Position numbers and translations under genes: made by a program. Positions 39,081 through 52,916 of a stretch of 64,000 bases of DNA are shown in pieces. Numbering within the stretch: the first letter of the stretch is position 1; every line of letters starts with the position of its first letter. The DNA is from Camelus ferus (Eukaryota): the NCBI RefSeq assembly GCF_009834535.1, contig NC_045696.1, positions 58,158,001 to 58,222,000 on the forward strand. Reading direction: 5' to 3'. The notes under the pieces are model-generated. The model worked only from the letters and a program-made list of their open reading frames with translations, was not told the origin of the DNA and ran no database searches.

Positions 39081-42000
39081 TTTTAATTAGTCAGATCTTT
39101 GGCCACCTTAATTATGGTGATCAAGCGCTTTCCAGCAACTTCAGAGCAGCATACTTTGTGTCTCGATCTTAAACTTATCCTTGTTTCTGTGAAATACAGT
39201 TGCATCTGTTAGGCTCTTAAATGATTATATTAAAGGTGACTAAGTGTTTCTTATAGTCGCATTAAATACTGTATGAAAAAATGTGATTCCGTTCTGATTT
39301 AGCACTTTGTTAAAAGTGAAGTGACAAATCCCACAGAACATCATGTGTCTTGGGGCAGATGTGTATGTGGTGGCATGGGATGGGAAATCCAGCACCAGCC
39401 GTTATTTACCAGGGTTACGTTTTATTAAAATGACCCTTGTTTGAAAATAACAATTTATAACATTGAAACTTTCAAACCTGTTGAGTGATTTCTGAATTAC
39501 ATTCTTGTATTTCTATTCAGTTTTCCATGGAGTCAGTATATTTGAGAGGGCAGTATTTTGCCAGGACCTGCCTTCTTTCTGTGGGATGACAGCTTTTTCA
39601 AAAATAACACTGATCGGTCAGCTCTCAGACATGTATTTCACTATGACATAAAACATGCTCTGGGGGGGGGGTGGTTACAGTACTACCATTATTCACATTT
39701 ATGTAATGCCCCTGACGCGGGAAAACCAAACACTTTCTCAGAAAAGCCAAGAATAATATTTTACCTTCATTGTTCTCAGCTTCCTCCAACCCTCTCTCCT
39801 TTCCTCACTTGCGTCTTCCTTGTCAGCTAAGTATATATTTTATTTGCCTTTTTCTGGACAGGCAGAGTGTAAGTCAGCTCCTTCCATTAGCCAGGGTGGT
39901 GCACTACCGTTAAAGAGACCTGGTCAGCACTTAATTCTCCTCAGCTCCACACACGCGCACACACTGGCACACAGAGTCCCAAGTACCCCTCCTTTCCCAC
40001 CTTGGGAAGATGAAGGCTATGCAGTAACTCACCTCGGTCCTAGAGAAGGATTCTGTTCCTGCCGAGCCTTCTGAGAGCCTAAATTGTGCCACTGGAAAGT
40101 AAGAAAACCCTCAAATTTAACATCTGTCTTCGGTCACAGTTTAGACCATCCCCCTTTTAACCAACCACCCTGCTAACCTATCAGCAAGAACTGAAGGAAC
40201 TAAGAGACTTGCTAAAGAGGAGAAATAAACCTTGTCTTTCTTCTTAAATACAAATGAAAGTAAAGTAGAATTCTTGAGAATGTGAGTGAAAGCCAGGCAG
40301 TCCAGATATCAATGGTGCTAAAATAACCACCACCCTTTCCTGTCTAGAATGAAGGCAGAAAGGCGAGAGAAGTATGACGTATTTGGTTTTAGTCAGAACT
40401 GTTGTGCTTGAGGACATTGCTGTATAAAATTCTGCTGTAAGACTTCTCATACAGAGCATTTTAATTATGGTTCATTCTACTTGTAACTTAAAGAACGACA
40501 TTAAAAAATATTACATAAATGACCAGTTCAAAGACATCCCAAGTGGGTAGTGCTTTAAAATCCCTGCATTGTCCCGGACACCAACCACTGTGCTTAGCAG
40601 ACGTGAGCTGAGATGCCTCCCTCTGTCTCATTTACATCCACTTACCCCTCCTAGCACATAATTTATTCTGATCACAAACTGCAACTGTTTTAAGTGATCA
40701 AAAGTTCGTATACCAAACCTGATAGGAATAGAACCAAAAGGCTCCAGGGGTCAGGGGAGGATGACATGTTATTTACTTACCTGTATATTTCCAAAAAAAA
40801 TTTTTTTTTTACTTTGTTTTTATTTCTCACATGCATCAAAATAGACCAGCTGTTATCTTTGCACTTTAAAAACATTATTGAGTCCTGATGAAATTTTATA
40901 ACTGAAGAAAATCTCAGTCCTTCACTAATCAAGTGCTGATTTTAGAATGTATAGGAACAGTCCCAGAGAGGTAAAGACTCATGCTGAAGGTCACAGTCCT
41001 AGTTAGTGACAAGAGTAAAGCTAATAAAAACTCACATCTTCTGACTCCCAAAGCCGTGCTTTTCTCTACCTCATAGAATTGCAGCTTAATTTGGACATTT
41101 TGGGGTGTTCATGAATACTCTTTCATATTCAAAAACTATGGGGCTTAAGAATAAAATGCCATTAAAGTGAGGCGATTGTTTGGTTTTTAAGTAAAATCCG
41201 TCTTTTTTCTTCATCACTACCCTGATGGTGCTGTAATATGTCTAAGTCTTAGCTTGCAGTGACACAGTCTGAAAACTTTCTCATAAATAATTCATTCCTC
41301 ATACACCAAGTCAACAGCGTTATTAATTGGTAAGGACATGTTACAGTGTAAGTTCCCTGCGGCTTATCAGTGAATACTTCACAGTTAATGGGAAGAAGCA
41401 TTTTTTAATATGGTCCATGGTGGAGGTATAGGAGCAAGACAATTACATACACAAATGCATGCGTTTCACTGGGGGACGGAGCTAATAAAATAACAAGACG
41501 GAATCAAGTACCATTTTATATATTTAGGCATCTATGTCCTAAAGGCCAAGTTTTATCACAGATCATACATTCATGTTTAATTATTGAGAATGTTTACAGC
41601 TTGTCTTTATGAAGCCTTTCAAATGAGGGATTCAAGCTAAGAATTTTAAATTGAGATTACAGTTCTCATCTATTCATCTTTAAATTTTTTAATTTTTTTT
41701 ACTATTCTTACTAAAATCTAGGCATTCTTCTTGCTGTTTGCATAAGCTTCATTTGAAACTCAAGATCAAATGCAATTGCATAGTAAATTAGCTTTAAATT
41801 AATGTTTAAAATCACATTAATTCCATATTTGTCCCTAAAACAATAAGGACAGGAATTACCGTGGCTATACCATATTACCAGGCAAGTGCAAAAGCTGTGA
41901 TACGAAGAAAATGCCATATTAAAAAAGAAATATGTAGAAAACGAGAAAATTTCATCAGACCTATTTCATAAATATAGGAAAAATAGAATTCCACTTTAAT

Positions 42001-44287
42001 TTGGCATTATAATTGTGCAGAAGAGAACGAGATAAAGCTTATGTCCATATATCAACAGTTTGCCAGTCTCTTAGAAAATATAAGCAATACTGGGGGGTGG
42101 GGGAAGTGCTGCCCATCCAAGAAGAGCTAAACTTGACAGGGAGATTCTTAGGTGCTCTTTTAACAGCATCCATTGGGCAGTTTTTGCTCAATAGCAGTGA
42201 GTTGTCTGCTCAGTAAGTATACATCTTGGCCATCCTGAGCACTCATTTCCTTTCTGGTGTCCTCCCAGCTCAGATGGAACCTCAAACTTCGGAGATGTCC
42301 TCTTGGAACTAATATCAGGGCCCTTAAGAGACCCTTGATGGTGGTCACCTCTGGCCAGGGGGTAGGACTAAGAGAGGCTGTGGGCAGACAGTATAGGCAA
42401 GGACGTGGCCCTAAATCTCTCTCTGAACCATGCTACTTTTTATAAACAATTTTAGTTTGCTCTTGGTCAGGATTGAAACATCAGCCCCTTGTTTTGCCTA
42501 ACAGTTTTCTGAGCTTCCTCACTTGTCCTCGTTGCCCTGTCCCTCAGCTTTCTGAACCCTTGCATGAATCTGACCTCAGCTCCATCCTGATCTCCTCTTC
42601 CTTGAACTGACTCCCTGGCACAGGCTTCTTCACCCTCAACTCCTCCCTAAGTGCCAGGGCTGGCTAGTAATAAGGCAGTAATAATAACACATCCAGGTTG
42701 CCCCCTCCGGAGCAGACACTAGCATGAGCAGAACATCAGCATGTCCAGGTACTCCAGGGAAATTGAGCAGTTCTTCCCACAGCCAAGTCTTATAAGTTAG
42801 AATATTCCCCTGAAACAGGAAGCGAATTACAGAGGTCACTAACAAGTTTCTATAGTTATTATTTGTTGCCCTTTTAGAATATGGACTAACCTGCCTTATG
42901 TAGTCTTTCTGTTGTACCTTGGAACATGGCAGGTCTTAAACAATAGCTTTTCATCTCAGCCCACACTCAAAAAGAGAGCAGAAAGTCACCCCACCCCAGC
43001 TGTTCTGTTCATTCAACAAGGAAGAATTAATTTTTTTTAACCAACTAAAAAAATGAAACAAAACATGGAATTCATTTCAGCAACCTTGGTAAAACGATAA
43101 AAACACATCAACCCATTTTACCTCTAAGCATTGTAGATTTGGAACGTTGTGAGCTTGAGGCCGGAAGGTCAGCCCTGCGTCACAGCACCCTCGGGGTCCC
43201 CCAGCTCTTCTGGTTTCCCAGTGAGGCTTCTGCTGTCTTGATCAAAATGGCAAGAAGGACTTGGAGACACTTCTGACTGGCTTTAATGTTAGAAAATGAT
43301 ACTTTTTTAAACTACAATTTAGACTTTCTCTAGGTCAGGTTGGTTTTCTTCCCATTTATGTGGCAGGACTGTAGAATCAAAGAGATGATCTAAGCCAATC
43401 ACCCCATTTTCCAAGTGAGTAAAGAAGAGAACCTTTTAGATTAAATAACAGCTTAGTTTTAGCAGGTCACCCGACTCCCAGACCAACATTCCTTCCATAA
43501 GTGATCAATGTGTTAACCACAGATAAATTCTTTTAAGTAAAATTTCTTTCTTTCAAATTTTTGAAAATTAAAATACATGAAGGTAAATTCTAAAATACCC
43601 AGCACAGAGAAAGTGAAGTGAAGTCTACCTCTGTAGAAACATGTGCTGGTTAATCCATTCTCCTTTCCAGAGGTCATCCCTATGAATCCTTGCAGAAATT
43701 CTTCTCTGCATCCACATACATAGGTATATCAAGTTATCTCAGGAACTGTTTCTTAAAACCATATTGGCGTTAACATTTGGGCAGGAGTTTCTGAGATCCT
43801 TATTTTTCTTCAGGATGACTGGGTATCAGTGTAGTAGTGCTTAACGGAGACATTTCACAGACCTCACGATGTGCCATCAAGCTCTATCATACTCTGAACT
43901 TTACTGGTGAATTCCAATATACGATACTGTTTTTCTTATTGGAAATATAGTTTCCGTTTTTATGCCACCCACTAAGATCCATGCACTGTGAGAGAAGAAA
44001 ATGAATGGCTCATCCCCAAAAGTCAGACAGATTTTCTTGACGAGGTTTCCTTGGCTCTCCATCTCAGCAGAGGCACACCATGCTGCAGACAGCAGAAAGT
44101 TGAGAAGATAAGTGATGGCACCAAAGAATCGTAAGTTTCTCTGCAACAACATCATCTCTAGTGGCCCAATTCTATGCAGATCTTTTACAGAGTGAGAGCA
44201 GAGGCTCAACGTGTACACAGGTGTTAGGAGACAAGGCTTCTCTGAGACTAATGCAGGCACAACAGCTGTCAGAGAAATGAACAGATG

Positions 44288-44420
44288 ACCAGCCTGGGAG
44301 TCAGGAGGCCTGGGTCTCAGTCTCTCTTTCCAGGGCACCTGCTGAGCACCCTTGGGGCTTTGGGAAGGTCACCTGTTCTCTCTGGACACTGGCTTCCTCA
44401 CCTCTAAAACAGGAATCAAG
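44288..44420 (+). mobile_element. MIR SINE
   Basis: ctgggagtcaggaggcctgggt...tctctggacactggcttcctcacctctaaaacagga. Confidence 0.55.
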
Positions 44421-47400
44421 TAGATGGTCCTTTTTACTGAGAAGATTGACAGTATGTGATACACACCTATTTGGTCACACACAACAGAAAGTGAGAAGAC
44501 AACATGAGGGCAATACCTTTCCACCAGTACTTACAGTTAACTCACAGTTATACATGACCTTTTCAAACAAACGAGGAGCTTCTACAAGGAAGGCCCACTT
44601 AGCTACGAGTTCTAGGAGCCAGGCAGTTATGGAAACTCTCAGGCTGTCAACATATCCACTGTTCCTAACTTCATTCATCCTATCATTCATTCTGTATACA
44701 GAGTTATTATATGTGTGCAGTGTGTGCCTGTGAAGGGGAATCAGAAAAACAAAAGATGTTTCTACCTTCCAGGCCATTTTAGACAGATTTTAAAATGCAG
44801 ATACTCTTTTGAACTAGCAATTAAAAAAGGACCAATGAGAGTTTCCTGAATAATTATGCATAACAGGTACCCACATTTTTTCCTCATATCATCATTAACC
44901 GTAAATGATTTCAAGAGAAGGATATTCTGTTCTGTTGAAATTTCTATCATAGACAGAACCCGTATCTATCTGGGAGCACTAATTCAATTTGGCATGAGGA
45001 ACCCCAGACATTACCATCATTCCATGGCTGGAGAGTGGGTTACTGTTCCTTTAGGAACTTGGGAGGATTACTGACACCTCCAGCTTCCTCTGAAGACAGA
45101 ACTTAACAAATGCATACATGCCAAGATACACATTCTCATACGGATTTGAGTTTCCTTTCTGAAAGGAATTTGAATTTTAAACATGAAAAGGAAGGATTTC
45201 TAATTATAGAACTTGGGACATAAGCCCATCAGAGAGAAGAGCAGGCAGGAGACTTTGTGGGAGCCCTTCGGGTGTCTCTACCTGTGAGTAAATCGAAACC
45301 ACACTTAATGCATCACTAGAGCAGTCCTGGCCTCTTAAACCTTTGCAGAAACCCAAAGATGCTAAAAAGGGCAGGTTTTAGTTCTGCAGATGGGTTTACT
45401 GCCAGTGTCCCCATCTCCAAATTCACTTCCCTCCTCACCAGAAATATATCATTTGGGAGGCTTATGAAAATTAAGTCTTAGGAAAATTCTGCCCCCATCC
45501 TACTAACTTGCATCCACAAGTCCCAAGCAAAATCGCTTCCTTGACTTACATGCATATAAGTACCTATTTCTGTTTAGGTCTGTGACTCAGAGAAGGTGTC
45601 TGGAAGAAGTCAGGAGAGGTGACTGATCCCACCTCTCCTGCTGTAGATGGAATGGGGTCTGCCCACTGGAACTCAGCTAAAATTGAGGGTGTGTGTTGGG
45701 GTGGTCCCTTGCTTCTTAGTCCTTCCCTGAGCTAATTGCACTGCTCTTCCTGATCAATAAGTTATTGCTGAGAAAATCGTTTCAGTAAGTGATGTCAATG
45801 TCTCCAGTGGAGCCGTCCCTCTCTACCCCCTGTCCTTTCAGCTTGTGTCCCAGACAAATGCAGTTACCTCTGTCCTTTTCAGAGAAAAAACATTGATTGA
45901 TATCTTAGCCCTGACATTTCACCCTCTTTTATCTCAGAATGGAGAAGCCCCTTCATATTTGTTGTCTTTTTAACTCAAGGTTAATACAGCTCCCCAGGCA
46001 CAGGCAACTCTGCGCTGCATGCTGTTGCCAGTAATTGTCCTTCCATCTAATTGGGGGAAAGGTGACTCTTAATGAACCAGCTACTGATTCCCTTACCTCT
46101 TCACTCTTTTATCAGTATTCCTTTACCAGGAAATTCTTTGTTATCTAGGTCCTGAAATTTATTTCATGTTTTTTTAAACTTCAATTTTTTTCTTACAAAA
46201 TTGCTCCTTTTATCTTATAGCAGACTGTGATCTTTTTCCTTCTGAGTACTTTATAATATAATTTGAACATAATAGAACATTCTAAAATAAAGCCAGGCAG
46301 GGATTTCATCATAGCCAATATTAAATGCTGGGAGAGGCAGATCATATTTTTAAAAAGAGAGAAAACAGGGATGGAGGAAGCCGGATCTCATAATTCAACC
46401 AGTATATTTGGGGCTCCCGTTGCGTGCTGAGCACTGACTGAGTGGGGCATAAGGATACAGAAACAAATAAGACAGTATCCTGGCCCTCAGAGAGATTTGT
46501 ATTCTGATGAGTCCATTCAAAGCTAGCAACACCCTCAAAAGGCTGTTGGAAGCTTTGTAGCTTATTTCTACAGCTGTCTATGGGATCTTTCTCTGGAAAA
46601 ATATATTATAAATCCTGTTTCCATGGGCCATTAAAAATCCACGTTTGTCCCTAATCAACGTATGGTGACGTGTAACTTTCATACAGTAAAAAATGCCTCT
46701 GGACAGCCTTTGAAGGGATAGGCAGAAAAATTTGCTTTGATGGCTTGAAAAGAAGTGGAAAGGCTTTAGGGAGTTCAGATCTGCTAGCTCTCAGACATGG
46801 GATTAGGCAGAGGGAAGAGCCTTCCAGCAAGAGGGAGACCTCACTGAAGGAGTTAGTGAAACAGAAGCCAGGCCTCCAGGCATTTGTTAGAACATCTACC
46901 GAGCAAAAGCAGAGAAGGACAGGGAGGGAGGGGTAGTAGAAACAGATTCTGGAGAACAGAACTGCGAAACTGGCTCCTGCTCAGAGGCATCTGGCCCCGC
47001 CTCCTGCCTCCAAGCACATTGGCCAGCAATGTGTCTGGCCAACTGCTTCTTCAGCTCTTGAGGGATGGAGATTCTACAACCTACCCTGTCATCTGTTTTA
47101 GAGCTACTCCCCTTTGCACTTAGAAGTTTTTACCTTTCAAGAATGGAGGCAGGAGAGAGGTGGTCAAAAAGATGGGGAGCCAAGCAGAGCAAATCAGGGC
47201 AGAGGAATTGTAGCGGAGCTGGAGGTGGGGAACGTCTCCACATTTCACACTCCCTCACCAGCTGGAGAGGGTGGGAACCCTGGAGGGGGCGCCCGGCCAT
47301 TTGGGAACCGCCCTCGCAGAAGCCCAGTCTGGCACAGCGGAGGTTCCTGTTCTGCTTGGAGAAAGCACTGGGAATCTAGGCATCCGCCATCTCCCAAGAG

Positions 47401-49057
47401 GAACTGTGTTTTATCCAAAAGTCTGCAAGTAAACTGACTATACTTCAATTAAAAAATGGATGGGGATAGTCTATAAATTTTACACTCCCCTCTCGCTTCC
47501 ATTCTCCAAAGGAACGTTCTGTAATTGAAGGCATGCCTTTGGTACCCTACTGTGTTTCGTGTACTCTGCCAGAATAATGACTTTTCATACCAATTCTGGG
47601 ATGCAAAGAAATCTTGGGTAGTCCAAGTGGACTTAGATCCAACTAAAGTTCCCACCTCTTACTCCATTCAGACTTTTCCATCTGCACCCTCCACCCCAGT
47701 CACACTCCTAGAAGCAACCAGAAAGTATGTCCAACCAAATATACTCTCTGCAAAAAAAACAAAACAAACAAACAAACAAACAAAAAAACCACCAGAGTTT
47801 TTCACTCAAAAAACCAAACCAAAACAAACAAACAAAAGCTCTCCGAAAGCCCAAGCGCTTTCTTGTTCTTCTTCTGTTCTCAAGCCACGGTGTATCTGGT
47901 CTGACTTTACACCATCTGCAGTTCTCTGCACACATGGTAGGCAGGGCAGGAAGGCAAGCAGAGGCCGACGCAGTAGCTGGAAGGAAGTGGAGGTAGGGTG
48001 GCTGCAGAGACCGTTGCTGGCACGGGAGCCTACAGTTGTCCCGTGGCCATCACGATCCACGTGGGGGTCCTAGCATGCCCGACAGGCTCCGCTGACCCCC
48101 ATCCCCGGGTTTCCAGGAGGTGGCCTTCCCCTCAGCCTTGGGCCTCCCCTCGGCCTGAGTCTCACTGCAGTTCATGTCCTCCCCTGCGCCCTCCCCCCCA
48201 GCCCCAGGCTGCACTGAAGCCCTCACTTCTTTTCAGTCTATGGAAGAACAACGTCCTTGCCTGTTGGGAGCCCGTCCACCCTGGGAATGATTTTTGGCTG
48301 AAATTGCTGCAGTTGAACACAGGAAGTTCTGCCTGCCAGAGTGAGGGTACTCCAGCAGGCCGCGGCACATTCCCTGCCTCCAAGGTTCTAAGCAAGTAAA
48401 AGGGTCAAGACCCTCCCAGAGGACTGAGGAGAGACCAGATGATCTCTTGAGATTCCTCTCAGCTCCAGAACCTGACTTTTAAATAGCAACACTAAGATCT
48501 AGGTGACATACAGGCTCTGTGACAGCAGGTGCTCCTCCTCCCATGACACCCCATGTACCTGGGCAGGAGATTCGGTGCAAATATGGATAGGTGCAGGGAG
48601 GGGGTTTAAAATCTGCCCACACTGAGATTTTATGCTGGGGATTTGCATATCTGCTGGCCCGGCTCCGCGACCTGGTGGGTCTATGCAACTGTCAAAGTGT
48701 GAGTGTGTGATAAATTCCCCTCTGACCGTCATCACAACTTCTGAGTGTTCTGTGCATTTTTAAATAACTCTTACCATGTAAATATTATATTACATTTTAA
48801 TAAAGTTTTTTTGCATTTACTTTTGTAATATTTGGGGTTTTATAGATTTTTATTTTATGGCCAAGTATACTTTTGTAAGGAAATGTTGAAGTCTTGAGTA
48901 TTTTTATTCTTTGTCAACTGTAAGCACTGGTAAATATTATTCGTATGTGGTTTTCCTTCCTTTCCATCAGGTCTTTTTAAGGAACTGTGTTTTGGCATAG
49001 CATTTTATTTAAAACTCTGCTTCATTTTACACATTGTGAATACTGAAGATTCTGAAA

Positions 49058-49063
49058 AATAAA
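49058..49063 (+). terminator. Candidate distal polyadenylation signal
   Basis: AATAAA at the end of a ~350-bp AU-rich block with several TGTA and a second AATAAA (48799-48804); GT-rich tgtgctgtt lies ~17 nt downstream. Confidence 0.45.
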
Positions 49064-50461
49064 GATGCATTTAAAATCTCTGTGCTGTTACATTGTAGAA
49101 ATGGTAATGTGCATTGGTTTGCCAAAGTGGTAATTAAATGTTTAATGGTTTAGAACTCCTAGTTCAGAATGGGAGTTCTAATCATTACTCACAACACGGA
49201 GCCTCTGTGCAGCTTCCAGTCAGCCCCTGCTTCTTGGGAGAAAGCACATGAGAGTGGTGATCTCTGCTCAGTTAGGAAATGTGGTTATGTTGACATGATA
49301 GTTACTGTGCTGTGGTTTTGCAATAAATGTGTATTGAAAGCACTTGTGATAATGTGGTCTGCGTTTTGTTTTTAATCAAACTCCAAATGGCAGCAGAAGT
49401 GGAGCCAAAGCTCGCTGAGCATTTGGGCAGAGAGATGCAGTGGGAAAAAACATGCGTTTGGAAGGAGGACAGGCTGGGCCAAATCCTGCTCCTCCACCCA
49501 CAAGCCCTGAGACTTGGAAATTCCTCCATCTCCTCTGGAGATCCTGCATTCTCATCCATTAAAAAACATAGTTAAAACAGAGGAGGGGGATAAAGTGATG
49601 AACATAAAGGACCTGGCACATTTTGGTTGCCCGATAAGTGTTACTGTCTTCTTCCTTTCCTTCCCTTTTGTATCCCTCCCAAAGTCTTCGTTAAAAAAAT
49701 TTGTTTTTAATATTCAAGTTAAAAATGTATTGACCTTCTGAGTAAAGCAGTTATTAAATCCTTACGTATTTAATACTGCTTCTAATTTATCATAGGAAGT
49801 TAATTCCCAAAAATGTTGATCACAACTGGATTGAAAGAGTATTTGGGAAATGTGGCAATGTTTATATAAGCACACCACATTATAAGTGTACTGGAAATCC
49901 AAAGGGGAGGTCATTGCCTTTGTGGAATTTAAAACAAAAGAACAAGCAGCAAAAGCTATGAAGGTAGGTCCAGAGCCATCACAAAAACATGGACGCACTT
50001 ACTTTTTTAGTTTCAAAGCAAGCACATTAGAGTTTAAGTGGTAGGGAGCCTGTTCTTGGGAAAACTTAGAATCATGAACATCCTTTAACCTTTTGAAAGA
50101 AAGTTTTCTTAACCTTCCTGGATTAGTTATCAAATAGTCCTGTTCTCTTCTCAAAGGTTCCAAAGTCTTCATTTTTAGAAATACAGAAAAGTATAATGCT
50201 TTCTTTACTTCTTGCCATAAATGATTTTAGTTTAGAACAGATCATAACTGGATTTTTGTTTTACTTCTCTAACAGCCATCAGGTTTTCCATTTGGATTCT
50301 TTAATTTCCTACCCAGTTCAGTGGTATAATCTAAAATTTATCAGAGACCTGTGCTTGTCAAAAGGTCCTTCCTGAATGCTCTTGAAGTAAAGCACTTTTG
50401 CAATAGCATCAGAGTACAATAACTGTCTATAAATGACTTTAAAAGACTTAAAAAGGCATGG

Positions 50462-51121
50462 CTTATGATCCAGCAATCCCACTCCTGGGCATATATCTGG
50501 AGGGAACTCTAATTCGAAAAGATACATGCACCCCAATGTTTATAGCAGCACTATTCACAATAGCCAAGACATGAAAGCAACCTAAATGTCCATCAACAGA
50601 TGATTAGATAAAGACACAATGGAATACTACTCAGCCATAAGAAAGAATAAAATAATGCCATTTGCAGCAGTATGGATAGAATTGGAGATTGTCATCCTAA
50701 GTGAAGTAAGCCAGAAAGAGAAAGAAAAATACCATATGATATCACTCATATGTGGAATCTTAAAAAAAAAAAAAAAGACACAAATGAACTTATTTACAAA
50801 ACAGAAACAGAGTTACAGACATAGAAAACAAATTTAGAGTTACTAAGGGGGAAAGAATGTGAAGGGATAAACTAGGAGTTCAAGATTTGCAGATACTAAC
50901 TACTATATGTAAAATAGATAAACTATTATATACAAAATAGATAACAAGTTTCTTCTCTGTTGCACAGGGAACTGTATTCAGTAACTTGTAGTAACCTAGA
51001 ATGAAAAAGAATATGAAAACAAATATATGTATCTAAGTATGACTAAAACATTATGCTGTACACCAGAAATTGACACAACACTGTGAACTGAGTATACGTC
51101 AGTTTAAAAAAATCAAAAAAT
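50462..51121 (+). mobile_element. 660-bp 5'-truncated young L1 (ORF2 end + 3' UTR)
   Basis: gatccagcaatcccactcctgggcatatatc; ORF MEYYSAIRKNKIMPFAAVWIELE; A-tail; TSD aaaggcatgg at 50452-50461 and 51122-51131. Confidence 0.92.
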
Positions 51122-51131
51122 AAAGGCATGG

Positions 51132-52916
51132 TTAAATATTTGATTACAATTTAATCGATAAAGAAATTTGGTTATAATAACTAGAATTATGACATTATAA
51201 TCTTAACCCTTAAGAATCTTAATCGTTGGCAAGAACCAAGGAGCAAGTAATTGTGAACTGTATGTCATGCCAGCATTTCCTGATTGTAAAACTTAAGCTT
51301 TAGTCCTCCTCTCCTAAGAAGATAAAGGTAGGTAAACTTCGACCTACCCAGCAATTAATGTTCCAATATTTTATCCTATTTGAAATGACCCAGATAGTCA
51401 ATGAATTCTCTTCATTTAACTTAGTTTAGTTTCAAATTACCAAAATCTGGAGAGACTATTTTAGATATTCCTAAAACATAATTATTCCTTTAGCGTTTAC
51501 CTAAAGGTTCTTATCTCATTTACATATACTCAGATTTTCATCATATCAGGTTATTTTCCCTGCTGACAAATTTGCAACAGATACAATAAGGTCTTATTTA
51601 ACCTCTAGTAAAACCTACATACAATAGAAGTGTTATATTTATCTCTGATGACTCTAAATACTTGTCTGTATTAATCAAACCAACAAGCTTAAGCTAGCTC
51701 CAATACCAGATATCAATTCAGTATTTCTGAGAATTTATATAAGTGCTTAACTTCTTATAAGCCAATTAAACAGAGCTCAACCACAAACCAATCTTGGCAA
51801 TACCATTTGGAGGCAGAGACGCCTCATATTTATAAGGTACACATAGACATATATATATCTATTATGGACACAGAGACCTCCCAGCTTGCCTGCTAGAGTT
51901 TAAAAAGTCATCTTTTTTCTTTTTCTTCTTCGCTCTCAGTGATCACAGAGAATTAAAGTTCCTGAAAGCCCAGGTAGGTTATCTACATCTCAAAGGCACA
52001 GGAAGAGAAATACCAATTCCTTCTAGAAAATTAACTTCCTCTAATAGTATATAAAAAAACCAGTTTTAGAAGGTCAGAATAGTCCCATCTTGGACATTTA
52101 GGGTGTTTTTTTTTTTTTTTTCCAGTTTCTAAATAGCCCATTCAGTTAAACAAACTACAGTAATAGACAATGACACACTCCCTCACATGCCTCACTTTCA
52201 GAGGAATGTGACTCGGCATTCAAGTTACTTGTAATCCCTAACTAGGGTCAAAACCAGGAAGAGAGAACAGAATTTGAAGACATACACACTTACCCAAAGT
52301 AAAAGCCAAACCAATTACAAAAGGCTCACTTTGACACAGCAGCAGAGCCACTGGGGGCCACTGTTCTCCTAATGCATGCTCTGCGGTTTGCCAGTGGAGA
52401 GGAGCGAGAGGTACATCCCCTTTGTTAGGCCAAGTGGTGCAGCAAGAGAGCAGGGCAATCACCTCGCCCTCACTGATGACCACATTTAAGTGCTGCTGGA
52501 GGTCCGGGTGACTAGTCACGGAGGCCATCTTTGACATTTCCTGGCCAGTTAACAATGTCTCCCCCACTGCCCAGGTGCCTAACCTTCACCTTGGCTGTTA
52601 GCTCAGCATCTGGGACCTTTCTTAACAGAAAGCAATGACCAGCCCACAGCTGCAGCCACCGCCTTACCGTCTAACCTCTTTTTTCCCACTGCAATGGCCA
52701 CCAGTATCTCTGCTGCACCCTTACGGGTGTCTGTGAGTTCTCTATACTCTCTGGATGGCCCTGGTTCAAGGACAGCCACCACAGGCCCCCACATATTAGT
52801 GGACAGCCACCCTGGGATTTCCTCCGCAACTTTCAAGATTACTTCTGGAACTTTTGGGCCCCTCTGTTAGTGGATGACCACCCCAGGATTACCCCTGCAA
52901 CTTTTGGGATTACCCC
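51132..52916 (-). mobile_element. Internal/leader region of an older antisense ERV1, left piece (left boundary uncertain)
   Basis: The repeat unit ggattacccctgcaact is split by the provirus and resumes at 59130, continuing to a minus-strand PBS and LTR. The AT-rich part resembles non-coding ERV1 internal sequence. Confidence 0.55.

Noticed and set aside
43901..44338. 145-aa minus-strand ORF
   Set aside because: Begins in a MIR fragment with a non-ATG start; no recognisable homology or splice structure.
47525..48073. Longest ORF in the track (182 aa)
   Set aside because: TTG start, runs through an (AAAC)n low-complexity tract, no recognisable domain; consistent with chance in GC-richer sequence.
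52790..52916. Short spaced repeats resembling a CRISPR-like array
   Set aside because: Degenerate, irregular units in a mammalian ERV leader; no constant repeat with unique spacers.
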